The notes under the pieces are model-generated. The model was not told where the DNA came from and searched no databases. It saw only the letters and a program-made list of their open reading frames with translations. Source: an uncultured virus (IMG/VR IMGVR_UViG_3300047312_000347) (Duplodnaviria > Heunggongvirae > Uroviricota > Caudoviricetes). Taken from it: a stretch of 64,000 nucleotides of DNA. A program made the position numbers and the translations under genes. The stretch lies in the IMG/VR virus record IMGVR_UViG_3300047312_000347. One strand, given 5' to 3'. This document shows positions 38,653-48,818 of the stretch, piece by piece; within the stretch, counting starts at the first letter, position 1, and each line of letters starts with the position of its first letter.

Positions 38653-39180
38653 CTAGTAGCTTGGATTGACGCGCACCGCAATAGGTAGCTCTGCGGATTG
38701 GATGATATCGCCGACCCCGAGCTCGATGCGGGTTTCGCGGCCAAACATTTCGAGCAGGACGATTTCGCGGGCGCGCGGGCTCATGCCCTGGTAGATCGCG
38801 TTGAAGCCACAGAACGATCCCGAGTTAATCCGCACGCTCTGGCCTGGCTTGAACACCCTCGACTTCGGTGGTTTTGGTAGTCTTACCAAACCGTTGCGCA
38901 TGGTGGCGCCCTTGATTTTGTCGATTTCGGCGTCCGGGCAGCGTGCCGGATGATCGCCGGCCATGATCAGGCCGAGCACGCCGATGGTTTTGGTTATGAC
39001 CCGCCAGCGGTCGACGACCCGCACGAACAGGTAGCTGGGAAACAGCGCCACGATGCGCGGCGTGCCGTTGATGTGGATCCGAATCCGCGGGGCGTAGATC
39101 TCAAAGCCTTCGCTGGCGATGCGGATCCCGACGGAGGTTTCCCTCTGCGAGACGGTTTGCGCCACAGCCCAAAAGGTCAT
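38653..39180 (-). CDS. NusG-like antiterminator
   Basis: ALFPSYLFV; KOW FKPGQSVRINSGSFCG. Confidence 0.85.
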   Translation of the reverse strand: MTFWAVAQTVSQRETSVGIRIASEGFEIYAPRIRIHINGTPRIVALFPSYLFVRVVDRWRVITKTIGVLGLIMAGDHPARCPDAEIDKIKGATMRNGLVRLPKPPKSRVFKPGQSVRINSGSFCGFNAIYQGMSPRAREIVLLEMFGRETRIELGVGDIIQSAELPIAVRVNPSY

Positions 39181-39244
39181 GGGCTTTGCCTTTAGCGCGG
39201 CAGCGGCGAGCGCGTCAAATTTCTGGGGCGCGAATACCAGGGGA

Positions 39245-39385
39245 ACCCGACCCAAAGGAAGTCGGGTATTCCACACCCGACCTTCTTCCTTTGGTCGGGT
39301 TGGGGGTATGGGGGGAAGAAGGAAACATGTGGAAAAGATAGTTTCACATGTGGAGAAGGTATGTGGCGAAGATGTGCGGAACCCC
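39245..39385. repeat. Putative replication origin of unit B
   Basis: ACCCGAC/GTCGGGT inverted pairs and ATGTG repeats downstream of helicase, as in A. Confidence 0.5.
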
Positions 39386-39387
39386 TC

Positions 39388-40791
39388 TCATAGCATCTGG
39401 CCTGCCTTGTAGAGGCATGGCGACCGCAGTGATTTCGGCTTCGATTGCGGCCCGTTCGCTTGATAGATTTTATCCTGAAACATGAGGTAATCCATTGCCG
39501 CTCGGAGGAGGTGTTTGCGAGTGGCTTTTTTCGCATGCAGCGCCTTTGCTTCCGGCTGATCGGCAAAAATGGTAGGCGCGAAATTGCGCGCGGTCGGTGT
39601 TGCGCTGGCGGTCAGGTCTTGCTTGTTGTACCGCTCGAGGATGGCGAGAAAGATCGCTTTGGCGTCTTCTTCGTGCGAAAGTTTTTCCAACGAGGTTGAT
39701 CCGGGCTCGGTCAATAGCAGACCGTCTTTCCAGACCAGCCTTATAGGCTCGCCTTTTGGCCCATAATTAGCCTTCATGGTTTCGAGGACACGGACATCGG
39801 ACTCGTCGTCGTCCTCGTCGCCCTGCTTATTGGGCGCCTTTAGGTAAAGCCTAGATCGGACTGAATTATTCCAAGCGGTTGAGCCGGACATGCCGCTACC
39901 ACTGGCGATGCCTGAGAGGCTTGGATGCGAGAGCAGCAATATTGCGGTATCGATCTCGATGCACAGGCCGCGCAAGAGGCCGATGCATTGACGCGCTTCG
40001 GTGCGGTTGCGCTCGTCGACCACGAATATATCGGCAGCGGTGTCGAGTCCGATCCAGCGTGGACGTATCTCACGCGCGGTGGCCTGGAGCTGTGCGAATA
40101 GCGGCGTTGGGCGCACGATGCCTTTGCCATCGGCTGCGGCCATCACTGCATCCCTGCCGGCGAGACTAAGCAAGTGCAGATCGGCAAGCTCGCGAAAGCT
40201 AGTTCCATAGTGCTTGACGATCTGAGCCATCCTAAAATGCATCTCGTCCTCGTCGTCCTCGGCGGAAATGAACATGACCGGGCCTGGCTCGGGCAGCTCG
40301 CCGATCCAATCTCGACCAAGGACGGTGGCGACCGCGAGCTGCATCGCCAACAAGGTTTTGCCGACGCCGCCTTCACCTGAAAACAGCGTGACGTTGTGGG
40401 CTGGGACGCGGTTGCGCACGATCCATCGGCGCTCGGGCGGCGACACGCCTTCCCAAAGCGTGACGTTGATCATCGGCAGCGGCTTGAGCGGCTTCGGTGG
40501 CCTGACGCCATTTGCCTTGCCCGGCTCTTCGATATGCTCACCCTTCTCAAAGCCGTGTGCGATGCGCGCCTGCACACCGTCCTCGCCGAAATGTCCGACC
40601 AGGCCATTGGCTTGCGCGGTCGAGTAGAGTTCATCGATCGCCGTTCCCTTATCGAGGCCCTTGGCAACGTAGCCGGCAACCTCGAGCGCCATGCTTTCGA
40701 AGATCGCCATGCGACGCTCAACGTCTTGGACTGGCGCCAGGATGCTTTTCCATGTCGCGAAGCCTCGCGTGAATTGGCCTCGTTCTGTCAT
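39388..40791 (-). CDS. AAA_25/RepA-like helicase
   Basis: GEGGVGKT; close paralogue of 1736..3151. Confidence 0.85.
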   Translation of the reverse strand: MTERGQFTRGFATWKSILAPVQDVERRMAIFESMALEVAGYVAKGLDKGTAIDELYSTAQANGLVGHFGEDGVQARIAHGFEKGEHIEEPGKANGVRPPKPLKPLPMINVTLWEGVSPPERRWIVRNRVPAHNVTLFSGEGGVGKTLLAMQLAVATVLGRDWIGELPEPGPVMFISAEDDEDEMHFRMAQIVKHYGTSFRELADLHLLSLAGRDAVMAAADGKGIVRPTPLFAQLQATAREIRPRWIGLDTAADIFVVDERNRTEARQCIGLLRGLCIEIDTAILLLSHPSLSGIASGSGMSGSTAWNNSVRSRLYLKAPNKQGDEDDDESDVRVLETMKANYGPKGEPIRLVWKDGLLLTEPGSTSLEKLSHEEDAKAIFLAILERYNKQDLTASATPTARNFAPTIFADQPEAKALHAKKATRKHLLRAAMDYLMFQDKIYQANGPQSKPKSLRSPCLYKAGQML

Positions 40792-40997
40792 GCAGAAGGC
40801 TCAATTCCGAATGCGTCATAGACGATGTTGTCGATCGCCTCCGTGCCCAGCATGTTGACCAGGCCGGCCTTATGGGCATAGCCGAACAGCGGGTCGAGCG
40901 CCTCGCCGAGCGTGAATTCGCCGCAACGAAAGAGCAAAGACCGAGCCTCGGCTCGAGCGCGCAAAACCAGAACGGGCGCAATGCGATCGCCGGTCAT
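40788..40997 (-). CDS. Hypothetical protein
   Basis: Paralogue of 3148..3351. Confidence 0.75.
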   Translation of the reverse strand: MTGDRIAPVLVLRARAEARSLLFRCGEFTLGEALDPLFGYAHKAGLVNMLGTEAIDNIVYDAFGIEPSA

Positions 40998-41206
40998 TGC
41001 TTGTCGTCCAGCACGGCGTCGATGAGATTGGCGCGCAGCGTGACTTGGACGATGCGCTCGAGCAGCTCGAGCGGCAGCGTATTGCGCATGCCGGCGGCGT
41101 GGCAGAGCCGCGCGAAGTCGTCGGCCTCGAGGCGGATGGGACATTTACGCCAGCGATGATAGGCCGGCCGAAGGCTACGGCCCGTCGTTTCGGTTGATGT
41201 GGTCAT
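40994..41206 (-). CDS. Small DNA-binding protein
   Basis: Paralogue of 3375..3587. Confidence 0.7.
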   Translation of the reverse strand: MTTSTETTGRSLRPAYHRWRKCPIRLEADDFARLCHAAGMRNTLPLELLERIVQVTLRANLIDAVLDDKQ

Positions 41207-41394
41207 CGAGTGTTCCGTTCTACTTTGGGCGGAAATGGGCAATGGCAATCGCACAACCATTCGACCAGGACGGCATATTGCTCATGCGCGGTGTTCGCCA
41301 GGCTGTCGTGCGGCGTCCAGCCGAGCCGAAGAAAATCCTCGAGCCGCTCGCCGCGCGCGGCATAGGCATAGGTCCATTGGTAGCGATCGCTCAT
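41203..41394 (-). CDS. Hypothetical protein
   Basis: ATGA overlaps; WLCDCHCP. Confidence 0.6.
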   Translation of the reverse strand: MSDRYQWTYAYAARGERLEDFLRLGWTPHDSLANTAHEQYAVLVEWLCDCHCPFPPKVERNTR

Positions 41395-42344
41395 GCCTGC
41401 ACCACCTCGGCAAACATGCCCGCGTCGGCTTTGATCCGGTGCTCGGCCATGGCGGCATAGTCGGGGTTGAGCTCGATCAGGATGGCGTTGCGGCCCAAGC
41501 GATCAGCTACAAGCGCCGTTGTGCCTGCACCACCAAACGGGTCGAGCACGGTGCCGCCCTTCGGACAGCCGGCCATGATGCAAGGCTCGATCAGCGCAGG
41601 CGGGAAGGTGGCGAAGTGGGCTTCCGCATAGGGTGCGGTGCAGACCTCCCAAACTGATCGCTTGTTGCGCGTGTCAGGCTGCGCTTGATTCCAGTTTGCA
41701 AGTCCGATCCGGGTACGGCGGTCATTTGCCTCCGACACGTCCGCACGGTCCTTGGCGCCCGTCCCGTAGGAATGCAGCACAAGGCCGGCTCGCACGGCAG
41801 GCTCCGCAATGGCGTCCTGATCGAAATAGTATCGCTCGCTCTTGGTCAGCAAAAACAGATACTCATGCGCCTTGGTGCAGCGATCGGTGACGCTCTCTGG
41901 CATCGGATTGGGCTTCGACCAGATGATGTCCTGCCGCAGCCACCAGCCATCCGCCTGGAGTGCAAATGCGACACGCCAAGGGATGCCGCAAAGGTCTTTG
42001 GGTTTGAGGCCGGAAACCGCGCCGAGGCCGTTGCGGTTTGATGCGCCCCCATTTTTATCTGGATTGCCGGGCCGGGTGCTATTTGCAATGCTTCCCCCAG
42101 CGTAACTGTCCCCCAGATTGAGCCACAGCGTCGCATCCCCGCGCAGCACCCGCCGCACATCGCGGAACACCGCCACCATCTGCGCTACGAAATCGGCATA
42201 GCTCGGTTCCAATCCGATCTGGCCAGCACAGCCGTAATCGCGCAATCCCCAATACGGCGGGCTCGTCACCACGCAATGCACGGACTCGTCCGGCAGCGTG
42301 CAGAGCACGTCGCGGCAATCTCCAATAAGAACCTTCACGCTCAT
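41391..42344 (-). CDS. N4/N6 DNA methyltransferase
   Basis: VTSPPY, IWSKPNPMPES, HFATFP, LDPFGGAGTT. Confidence 0.92.
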   Translation of the reverse strand: MSVKVLIGDCRDVLCTLPDESVHCVVTSPPYWGLRDYGCAGQIGLEPSYADFVAQMVAVFRDVRRVLRGDATLWLNLGDSYAGGSIANSTRPGNPDKNGGASNRNGLGAVSGLKPKDLCGIPWRVAFALQADGWWLRQDIIWSKPNPMPESVTDRCTKAHEYLFLLTKSERYYFDQDAIAEPAVRAGLVLHSYGTGAKDRADVSEANDRRTRIGLANWNQAQPDTRNKRSVWEVCTAPYAEAHFATFPPALIEPCIMAGCPKGGTVLDPFGGAGTTALVADRLGRNAILIELNPDYAAMAEHRIKADAGMFAEVVQA

Positions 42345-42547
42345 TGCATCCTCGGCGGAAACAGCTTGCGCAGCGCCGCCAGCGCGCGGTCAACGTCCTC
42401 GTCGTCACCATCGACCGCGCGGCGCAATAGCGCGATCACAAACGGCTTGAACACATCATCGGGCTCGGCATAATTGCCGTCGAGGATCCAGCCGATGCGG
42501 GCCTGTACGCGCCTGGCGTATGCGGTTGCGTCGTCGGGCAGAGTCAT
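42341..42547 (-). CDS. Hypothetical protein
   Basis: ATGA overlaps both ends. Confidence 0.55.
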   Translation of the reverse strand: MTLPDDATAYARRVQARIGWILDGNYAEPDDVFKPFVIALLRRAVDGDDEDVDRALAALRKLFPPRMQ

Positions 42548-43092
42548 TGCACATGCACGCGCAGTTGCTTGTTGAACAGCGGCGACACCTTGAGCGCCTG
42601 CGTCGGATCGATCAGCGAGCAGGCGAAGGACCACGCGGCACATGCATCTGCCGCATTATTATCGACCACCTGCCAGCCGAGCATCTCGCAGCGCAAGACG
42701 ATGGCCGCCTTGGCCTGCGCGCGCCGCAGGCTGCGCTCGCCGATGAAATGATGCCGGATGTCGCCGACCGAATAGCAGGCGATCTCGCCGATGCCGCGGA
42801 TGTGCGCAACGCCGCGGACGATGGCGTGCAGGCCCGCGAGCCGGTCGCGCGTCGAGGAATTGGTTGCGCCGACCTTGGCGCCGGGCGGCAGCATAGCCTC
42901 GAGCACGATGATGTCCGGCCGCGGCGCCATCTCGAGCAACTTGCTCATCCAGCCGATGGCCTGACCGAAGACCTCGCCGTCGCCCGAGTCGCGCGTGCCG
43001 AAGCGGATCGAGCCGGCGACGGGCCTGCCGCCGACGACGCCGCGCGCATAGCCGGTGACGGTCGCCAAATCCAATGCCAATACATTGGTCAT
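42544..43092 (-). CDS. RuvC-like resolvase
   Basis: LALDLAT.TG, VLEA, NNAADA; paralogue of 4069..4605. Confidence 0.75.
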   Translation of the reverse strand: MTNVLALDLATVTGYARGVVGGRPVAGSIRFGTRDSGDGEVFGQAIGWMSKLLEMAPRPDIIVLEAMLPPGAKVGATNSSTRDRLAGLHAIVRGVAHIRGIGEIACYSVGDIRHHFIGERSLRRAQAKAAIVLRCEMLGWQVVDNNAADACAAWSFACSLIDPTQALKVSPLFNKQLRVHVQ

Positions 43093-43727
43093 TCGGCAGC
43101 CTCCACCCGGTCAAACTTCGTCGCTTCGTTGCCCCAGGTGTGCCAGCCCGGCCGCGACTGGCGAGCAAATAGTTCGAGGTATGGTCCCGCCACCAGCCGC
43201 TCGATCCGCTGATGCACGCAATCCGGCTTGCGCGAATGCTCACGGCGCGGCTCGATGACACCCATGCGCACGTCGGCATTCAGGCGCTTGGGCTTGCCGC
43301 GCGTTGCCAACAAACACGGCTCGCTGTTCGCGCGCGTCCAGTAACCCATTCCCATCAGCGCATCGGTATCGTCGCGAAACATCTCGATCTGACCAGCATG
43401 GGCCTTTATCCAATCAAAGGCGCACGTTTTGTATTCGAATCCCCAGGCCGAAATCACCGCCATTACCTCCGGCAGCATCGGCCACGATGCCCACAGAAAC
43501 AAACAACAATCAGGCGCCGCCAAATCGCACACCGGCAACGCGGCGATCTCATCGTGCGTCATCGTATCGTAATGCTTCGAAGGCGAGCCTTTGAACGCTT
43601 TCCAATCCGGTGATCGCTTGCGGCCGGCTTCGTTATAAGTCCGAAACCGCCACGGCGGGTCGGCCAGAATGGCGCCCGCCGCCGGAATACCGACGGTCGC
43701 GAGGTCGAGGGCGAGCACGTTGGTCAT
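43089..43727 (-). CDS. MT-A70 family methyltransferase
   Basis: LADPPW, HYDTM, HSRKPD, LELFAR, WGNE. Confidence 0.9.
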   Translation of the reverse strand: MTNVLALDLATVGIPAAGAILADPPWRFRTYNEAGRKRSPDWKAFKGSPSKHYDTMTHDEIAALPVCDLAAPDCCLFLWASWPMLPEVMAVISAWGFEYKTCAFDWIKAHAGQIEMFRDDTDALMGMGYWTRANSEPCLLATRGKPKRLNADVRMGVIEPRREHSRKPDCVHQRIERLVAGPYLELFARQSRPGWHTWGNEATKFDRVEAAE

Positions 43728-43930
43728 ATGAGCCGCTCTTTCTCGGCGAACTTGGCGTAGTCGGCGGCGATCGCCTCCATGAGCGCGATCTTCTGCGCGG
43801 CATCCGTCGCGGCCATCGCGCCCTTCTCAACCCACCGCGGATAGAGCCGCTTGCGCATCGCCAGCTCGCGCAGCGCCTCGCGGTGCTTCTCCTCGGCGGT
43901 GAATTGGGCGAGGGCGAGGATGTCGGTCAT
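43724..43930 (-). CDS. Hypothetical phage protein
   Basis: RELAMRKRLYPRWV..G.M motif. Confidence 0.7.
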   Translation of the reverse strand: MTDILALAQFTAEEKHREALRELAMRKRLYPRWVEKGAMAATDAAQKIALMEAIAADYAKFAEKERLI

Positions 43931-44451
43931 GGCGTAAGGCTCGCACCAGGCCGGCCGAAAGTTTGATCGAACTCGGTCGCGTAAATTTTGCTGATCAGCA
44001 TATAGGCGGTTCCCGACCCGTTAGTACTATTGCCGTCCTGAATGCGTCCGGCGCCTCGATTTAGGACCGTATGTACCGTCAGAACGCCACCGCTGGGCGC
44101 GACCATTAGAACGGGAATGTTGAAGTCGTCTTCGATCTTCCTATAGGTCTGGATGGCGTTCAGCTCGATCGCGTAGTTTGTGGAATTACGATTGCTCTCC
44201 ATCGTTGTCTTCGCATCGACTAAATAGGCTTCACACTTGCGAAACAACTCTCGGCCAATTAGCAGGTCGGGTATCCATCGCCACAGGCAAGGACGCCCGT
44301 AGCTGTCACGCAAATTGTGCAAGATATGCCGCATGGCCGGCGGTACGCTTCCCATACCCCACGGCTCGACCGCCCAGCCTCGCGCAACCAGCATGGCCGG
44401 CAAGGATTGCTCGTGCTGTTGAGCAGCAAATGATCGCTGCGCAAACGTCAT
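43927..44451 (-). CDS. PD-(D/E)XK-type nuclease (putative)
   Basis: IPDLL...LVDAKT. Confidence 0.5.
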   Translation of the reverse strand: MTFAQRSFAAQQHEQSLPAMLVARGWAVEPWGMGSVPPAMRHILHNLRDSYGRPCLWRWIPDLLIGRELFRKCEAYLVDAKTTMESNRNSTNYAIELNAIQTYRKIEDDFNIPVLMVAPSGGVLTVHTVLNRGAGRIQDGNSTNGSGTAYMLISKIYATEFDQTFGRPGASLTP

Positions 44452-45539
44452 TACGTTTGATCCTGCTCGATCCGTTCCTTGGCTTTTGCCGCTGCCGCCG
44501 GATCAATCTCAAATCCAATCGCACGACGCTTAAGGCGTTTTGCCGCAACCAGCGTCGTGCCGCCTCCGACAAAGAAATCGACAACCGTTCCGTCGTCGCT
44601 GGTGAGTTTGCTGATGTAGTATTCCGCATCGATGAGCGACTGCTGCCAATCGTGCGTGCTCTTTTCGCGATCGCCGGACACAACGTCACGCACGTAGGTT
44701 TGGATGTTCCCCCGGTGGTGCTTCACAAACCACAGCACCGGCTTGAAAAGAGCTTCAATGCCTTTTCGGATGATCTGACTGTGCGCACCTTCGATGCCGA
44801 GCGATGCCCCGATCCAAAAATAATCGAGATGCTCGCTCATCGGCTTGATCACATCATTGAGCACTACGTGACCGCAATAGCAGAGCATGCTCCCGCCTGG
44901 TTTCAAGATGCGCGCCGCTTCCTGCGCCGCTGCCTCATAGAGTGGGATCGCATCGCGATCATAGGGGGGATCGGTGAAGACGAGTTGCACCGACTCGTCG
45001 GGAATAACGTCGGGCGATAGGTCGCGGAAATCGCCGACGTAAAGTCCTGGCGAGATCTCGCTGGCATCAAACAAAGCGGCACGGCGCTCATCGTCAATCG
45101 CCTGGCGAAAGACGGCGTTCAAACTGGCGACGAGCTTATCGACGATGGCTTTGGTCCGACGCTCCTGCTCGCGTACGGAAAGATGCCACCACCACTTGGC
45201 ATTCGACGATTGCTTATACGTGATACCTAATTCCCTAAGCGTCTTAATGGGTTGCACCCTTTCCCCGCGGGAAGGGTGACCTTTGCCGTCGTGCAACTCG
45301 CCGCGCTTTTGCATTTCTTCGATGACGCGGCCGATGTTGCGCCATGCCTCGTAGCGGATCATGACAGCGCGCTCGAGCAATTCCTTATCCTTCGCCGCCT
45401 TGGCGTATTCCTCGATCCCGATGGCTTGGTCGCGGATGACTTTGATGTCTTTGAGATCGCTGAGCACGGCGAGCGCGCGACGCGCTTCATCGTAGCTCGG
45501 CAGGTCTGGCCCTTTCTGGACAATCGTGATGTCTCTCAT
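44451..45539 (-). CDS. DNA methyltransferase with helical N-terminal extension
   Basis: FTDPPY, HDWQQ, VDFFVGGGTT, GFEID. Confidence 0.85.
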   Translation of the reverse strand: MRDITIVQKGPDLPSYDEARRALAVLSDLKDIKVIRDQAIGIEEYAKAAKDKELLERAVMIRYEAWRNIGRVIEEMQKRGELHDGKGHPSRGERVQPIKTLRELGITYKQSSNAKWWWHLSVREQERRTKAIVDKLVASLNAVFRQAIDDERRAALFDASEISPGLYVGDFRDLSPDVIPDESVQLVFTDPPYDRDAIPLYEAAAQEAARILKPGGSMLCYCGHVVLNDVIKPMSEHLDYFWIGASLGIEGAHSQIIRKGIEALFKPVLWFVKHHRGNIQTYVRDVVSGDREKSTHDWQQSLIDAEYYISKLTSDDGTVVDFFVGGGTTLVAAKRLKRRAIGFEIDPAAAAKAKERIEQDQT

Positions 45540-46138
45540 GCGATCGCCCTTTAGCTTGCCTGCCGCGCGCGTTCGTATCGCGCCGGCCGCGCGTCTGATT
45601 GCGGCGGCGGCTTCTCGTTAAGTGAACCAGATTGATTTGGTCGTGACGGGAATGTTCGCGAGCGCCCACCTTGGTCCTGATCGCGCGCGGGCGTCAATAC
45701 GTAGGCTCGCTGGTACATTTCCGGCCGGAAAAGATTTATCAGTGACCGTTTTGGCTACTGCCGCGTTGCGGATTTCCTAATGATTGTCGCGGAATAGTGC
45801 CTCTGCGCCGCGACTGCGAAGTACGCCGGAGTCGCGCTATCCGCTGCGCCTTCGCCGCGCCCGCCTTGACTATTTATTTTCCTGAGCGAAAGTTGATTGG
45901 TGGAAATGCAGCGCCAAATAGGCTGCGAATAATGGCAATGAGTGGAAATAAGAAGCAACCAATAACAATGAGTGGAAACCTGATGCGCTCGCCGCGGATG
46001 AACCCTGACATATGCCTGTCCGTCGCAAGCGCCGCGCGCCCGGCCAGAAGGCTGGCGAAGCCCAGAACGACTACGCCGGGCGCGCACTTTGAGATGGTTC
46101 GCTCGGAATCAAACAAAGTCGTTATAAGGTCTTAGCTA

Positions 46139-47062
46139 ATGCGGATTGAACGAATTCCAATCACGAGCCGCGAGCAACTGTTCAATGAGCTGCGTCCGCG
46201 CAATGTCGGAGCGAGCGTAGTTGGCGCGCTGTTCGGCGCCCATCCTTACGTGTCTGCACTCAAGCTTTACCTCATGCATTCCGGCGTCGAGTTCGACGAG
46301 GCCGACAATCGTGTATTTCGCCGCGGACGTTTGATGGAACCGGCGGTTGCGCTCGCGGTCGCCGAAGATCGACCGGACTGGCGCATCGAGAAATGTAATT
46401 TCTACTATCGCGACCCCGACCTGCGGCTCGGCGCCACGCCAGATTTTTTCATTCATGGCGATCCGCGGGGCCTTGGTACGCTGCAAACTAAGACCGCAGC
46501 GCCCGGTGTCTATCAACGCGATTGGGAAGGCGGCGCCACGGTGCCGTTCTGGGTACAGCTGCAGGCGCTGACCGAAGCTATGCTGACCGACGCGGCCTTT
46601 GCCGCCGTCGCCGTTCTGCAGGTCGACGCATTCGACATGGCCCTGAGCATCGTCGAGGTGCCGCGTCACCCTGCTGCCGAGCAGCGCATACGCGATGCGG
46701 TCGCCAAGTTCTGGGATGACGTCGCCGCCGGCCGCGAGCCCGAACCCGATTACGGCAAGGACGCCGAACTGCTCAAGATGATCGCGCCGCGCGAAATCGC
46801 CGGCACGACGGTCGACCTCAGCGGCGACAATGAGTTGCCGGCTTTGCTCGACCAACGCGAGGAGATCATGGCCGCCATGAAGGGCTACGAAGCCCGCAAG
46901 GACGAAATCGAAACGATGCTGAGATTCAAAATGCGAGACGCCGAAAGTGTCGTCGGCTTGCCGGATTGGAACATCACCTGGAAGACGACACACAGAGCAG
47001 AATACGTCATGAAAGCGAAGGATATCCGCACGCTGCGCATTCACCACAAAGGACAACGCTAA
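46139..47062 (+). CDS. YqaJ-like exonuclease
   Basis: VGAS, RRG..ME, GATPD, LQTK. Confidence 0.85.
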   Translation: MRIERIPITSREQLFNELRPRNVGASVVGALFGAHPYVSALKLYLMHSGVEFDEADNRVFRRGRLMEPAVALAVAEDRPDWRIEKCNFYYRDPDLRLGATPDFFIHGDPRGLGTLQTKTAAPGVYQRDWEGGATVPFWVQLQALTEAMLTDAAFAAVAVLQVDAFDMALSIVEVPRHPAAEQRIRDAVAKFWDDVAAGREPEPDYGKDAELLKMIAPREIAGTTVDLSGDNELPALLDQREEIMAAMKGYEARKDEIETMLRFKMRDAESVVGLPDWNITWKTTHRAEYVMKAKDIRTLRIHHKGQR

Positions 47063-47895
47063 TGGCCGAAGCTCGAGCAACCAAACAAGCAAACCCGCTG
47101 GTTGTACTCAACACGTATCTGCAGGAGCGCGTCGATTCCTTGCGCACGGCATTGCCGCCGCACATGAAGCCGGAACGGTTCATCTCGTCGGTGATGACCG
47201 CGGTGCAGCTCAACCCGGCCTTGATGGCGTGCGAGCGGCGGTCGCTCTGGCTTTCGTGCATGCGCTGCGCCCAAGACGGCTTGCTGCCGGACGGCCAGGA
47301 AGCTGCGATCGTGCCCTACAAGGACAAGGCGCAATATCTGCCGATGTACCAGGGGCTGCTGAAGAAGTTCCGCAACAGCGGGCAGTTCCGTTGGGTCGGC
47401 ACCGGCATCGTCTTCGAGGGCGACGTTTACGAGCATTGGATCACCCAGGAGGGCGAGCACTTCAAGCACGTCCCGGCGGACGATAATTCCGGCAAGAAAA
47501 TCCGCCGGGTCTATGCGCTGGCGACCACCAAGGAGGGCGGCAGTTTCATCGCCGATCTTTCCATGGCCGAAATCGACAAGCGCCGCGCCATGAGCCGCGC
47601 CTCGCGCGACGACGCGCCCTGGAAACAGTGGCCGGACGAAATGATGAAGAAAACCGCGCTGCGCGTGCTGTCGAAGCTGCTGCCGAAATCCAGCGACATC
47701 GATATCTTCCTGCAGCGCGACGAGGCGGAATCGCTCGGCGTCGAAACCGTCCAGACGATCGACGACCAGCGTGGCGCGGCATTCGGCAACGTGCTTGATC
47801 ATTTTGCCGGGACGACCGCCGACCAGCCTTCGACGGAGGCGACGCCGACTGTGCCACCGCAATCCGAGACGATGATAGAGGACATGCCAAAGTGA
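47062..47895 (+). CDS. recT: RecT-family annealase
   Basis: ALPPHMKPERF, AQDGLLPDG.EA.IVPY, PW..W.DEM.KKT. Confidence 0.9.
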   Translation: MAEARATKQANPLVVLNTYLQERVDSLRTALPPHMKPERFISSVMTAVQLNPALMACERRSLWLSCMRCAQDGLLPDGQEAAIVPYKDKAQYLPMYQGLLKKFRNSGQFRWVGTGIVFEGDVYEHWITQEGEHFKHVPADDNSGKKIRRVYALATTKEGGSFIADLSMAEIDKRRAMSRASRDDAPWKQWPDEMMKKTALRVLSKLLPKSSDIDIFLQRDEAESLGVETVQTIDDQRGAAFGNVLDHFAGTTADQPSTEATPTVPPQSETMIEDMPK

Positions 47896-48101
47896 GCAGA
47901 AAAAGGGTCGAGGACATCGAGCTGCCGGACGCCGTGTACATGATGCGGATCGTCAGCATCAAGCAGGCCGCGTCGTTGGCCGGCATCAGCGAGCGCACGC
48001 TCAAGGACAGCCACCCAGACAAGGTAATCCAGATCAGCCCCGGCCGGATCGGCATGCGCCTGCGCGACGCCCTGCGGATCAAAGATCGGAACGAGCCATG
48101 A
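47892..48101 (+). CDS. Excisionase/AlpA-like small HTH
   Basis: IKQAASLAGISERTL...ISPGRIGMR. Confidence 0.55.
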   Translation: MSRKRVEDIELPDAVYMMRIVSIKQAASLAGISERTLKDSHPDKVIQISPGRIGMRLRDALRIKDRNEP

Positions 48102-48286
48102 CCTCCAAGATCTTCCCCGACGAGATCGTCGACTTGGTGTCCGACAGCCGCATCGAACGCCTGCGCGACGAGCAGGACGTGATGGACCTCGCCGCCATGC
48201 TGGCCACCGCATTCGGGGCCGGCCAGATGCAAGTCGAGATTGCCGCAGCCTTGACGCAGCGACGATCGAGGCTGCTGGTGCCATGA
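48098..48286 (+). CDS. Hypothetical protein
   Basis: ATGA overlaps. Confidence 0.55.
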   Translation: MTSKIFPDEIVDLVSDSRIERLRDEQDVMDLAAMLATAFGAGQMQVEIAAALTQRRSRLLVP

Positions 48287-48624
48287 CCCATCTCGACGCG
48301 GCGACGTTCGGGATCGCGGCGACCGTGTCGCTGCTCGTCGTCTACATCGGCTGGCCCGCGCCATCGGCGGTCCTCGTCGAGCGCCAGGCGCCTATCGTCG
48401 CGGAAGGCAAGTCCGATCGGCTCCTACTACCCGCGGCCGAGCCAATAGTCGAGCCGCCGCAGCCGAAGCCGGTGGCGATCGTTGCGCCCGCGGCCGAGCC
48501 GTCAATCGCGCTGCCGCTGAAGCCGCCCAGTCCCCGCGAAGGCGGGGATCCGGTCTGCGGCCCGCGCGGACGCACTTGGTACACGAAAGCCAACGGATGG
48601 AGGTATTGGAAATGCGTAAGATGA
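48283..48624 (+). CDS. Exported/membrane-anchored protein
   Basis: Paralogue of 13441..13815. Confidence 0.75.
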   Translation: MTHLDAATFGIAATVSLLVVYIGWPAPSAVLVERQAPIVAEGKSDRLLLPAAEPIVEPPQPKPVAIVAPAAEPSIALPLKPPSPREGGDPVCGPRGRTWYTKANGWRYWKCVR

Positions 48625-48818
48625 CGGCGATGAGCAAGAATAGGCTGAACGTCTACGCTGTTGACCAGCACGGCAACGTCACGATTAATTACAACAAAGA
48701 CGATGTGCCCTGGGTCATATTCCGCGCCACCAGTCAGGACAAAGGCAACCTGTTTCTAGAAGTCTATCTGGCACTGTCGCTCGAGAACCGGCGCAAGCTG
48801 GTCGAGGCGGTGAAATGA
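48621..48818 (+). CDS. Hypothetical protein
   Basis: ATGA overlaps. Confidence 0.5.
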   Translation: MTAMSKNRLNVYAVDQHGNVTINYNKDDVPWVIFRATSQDKGNLFLEVYLALSLENRRKLVEAVK

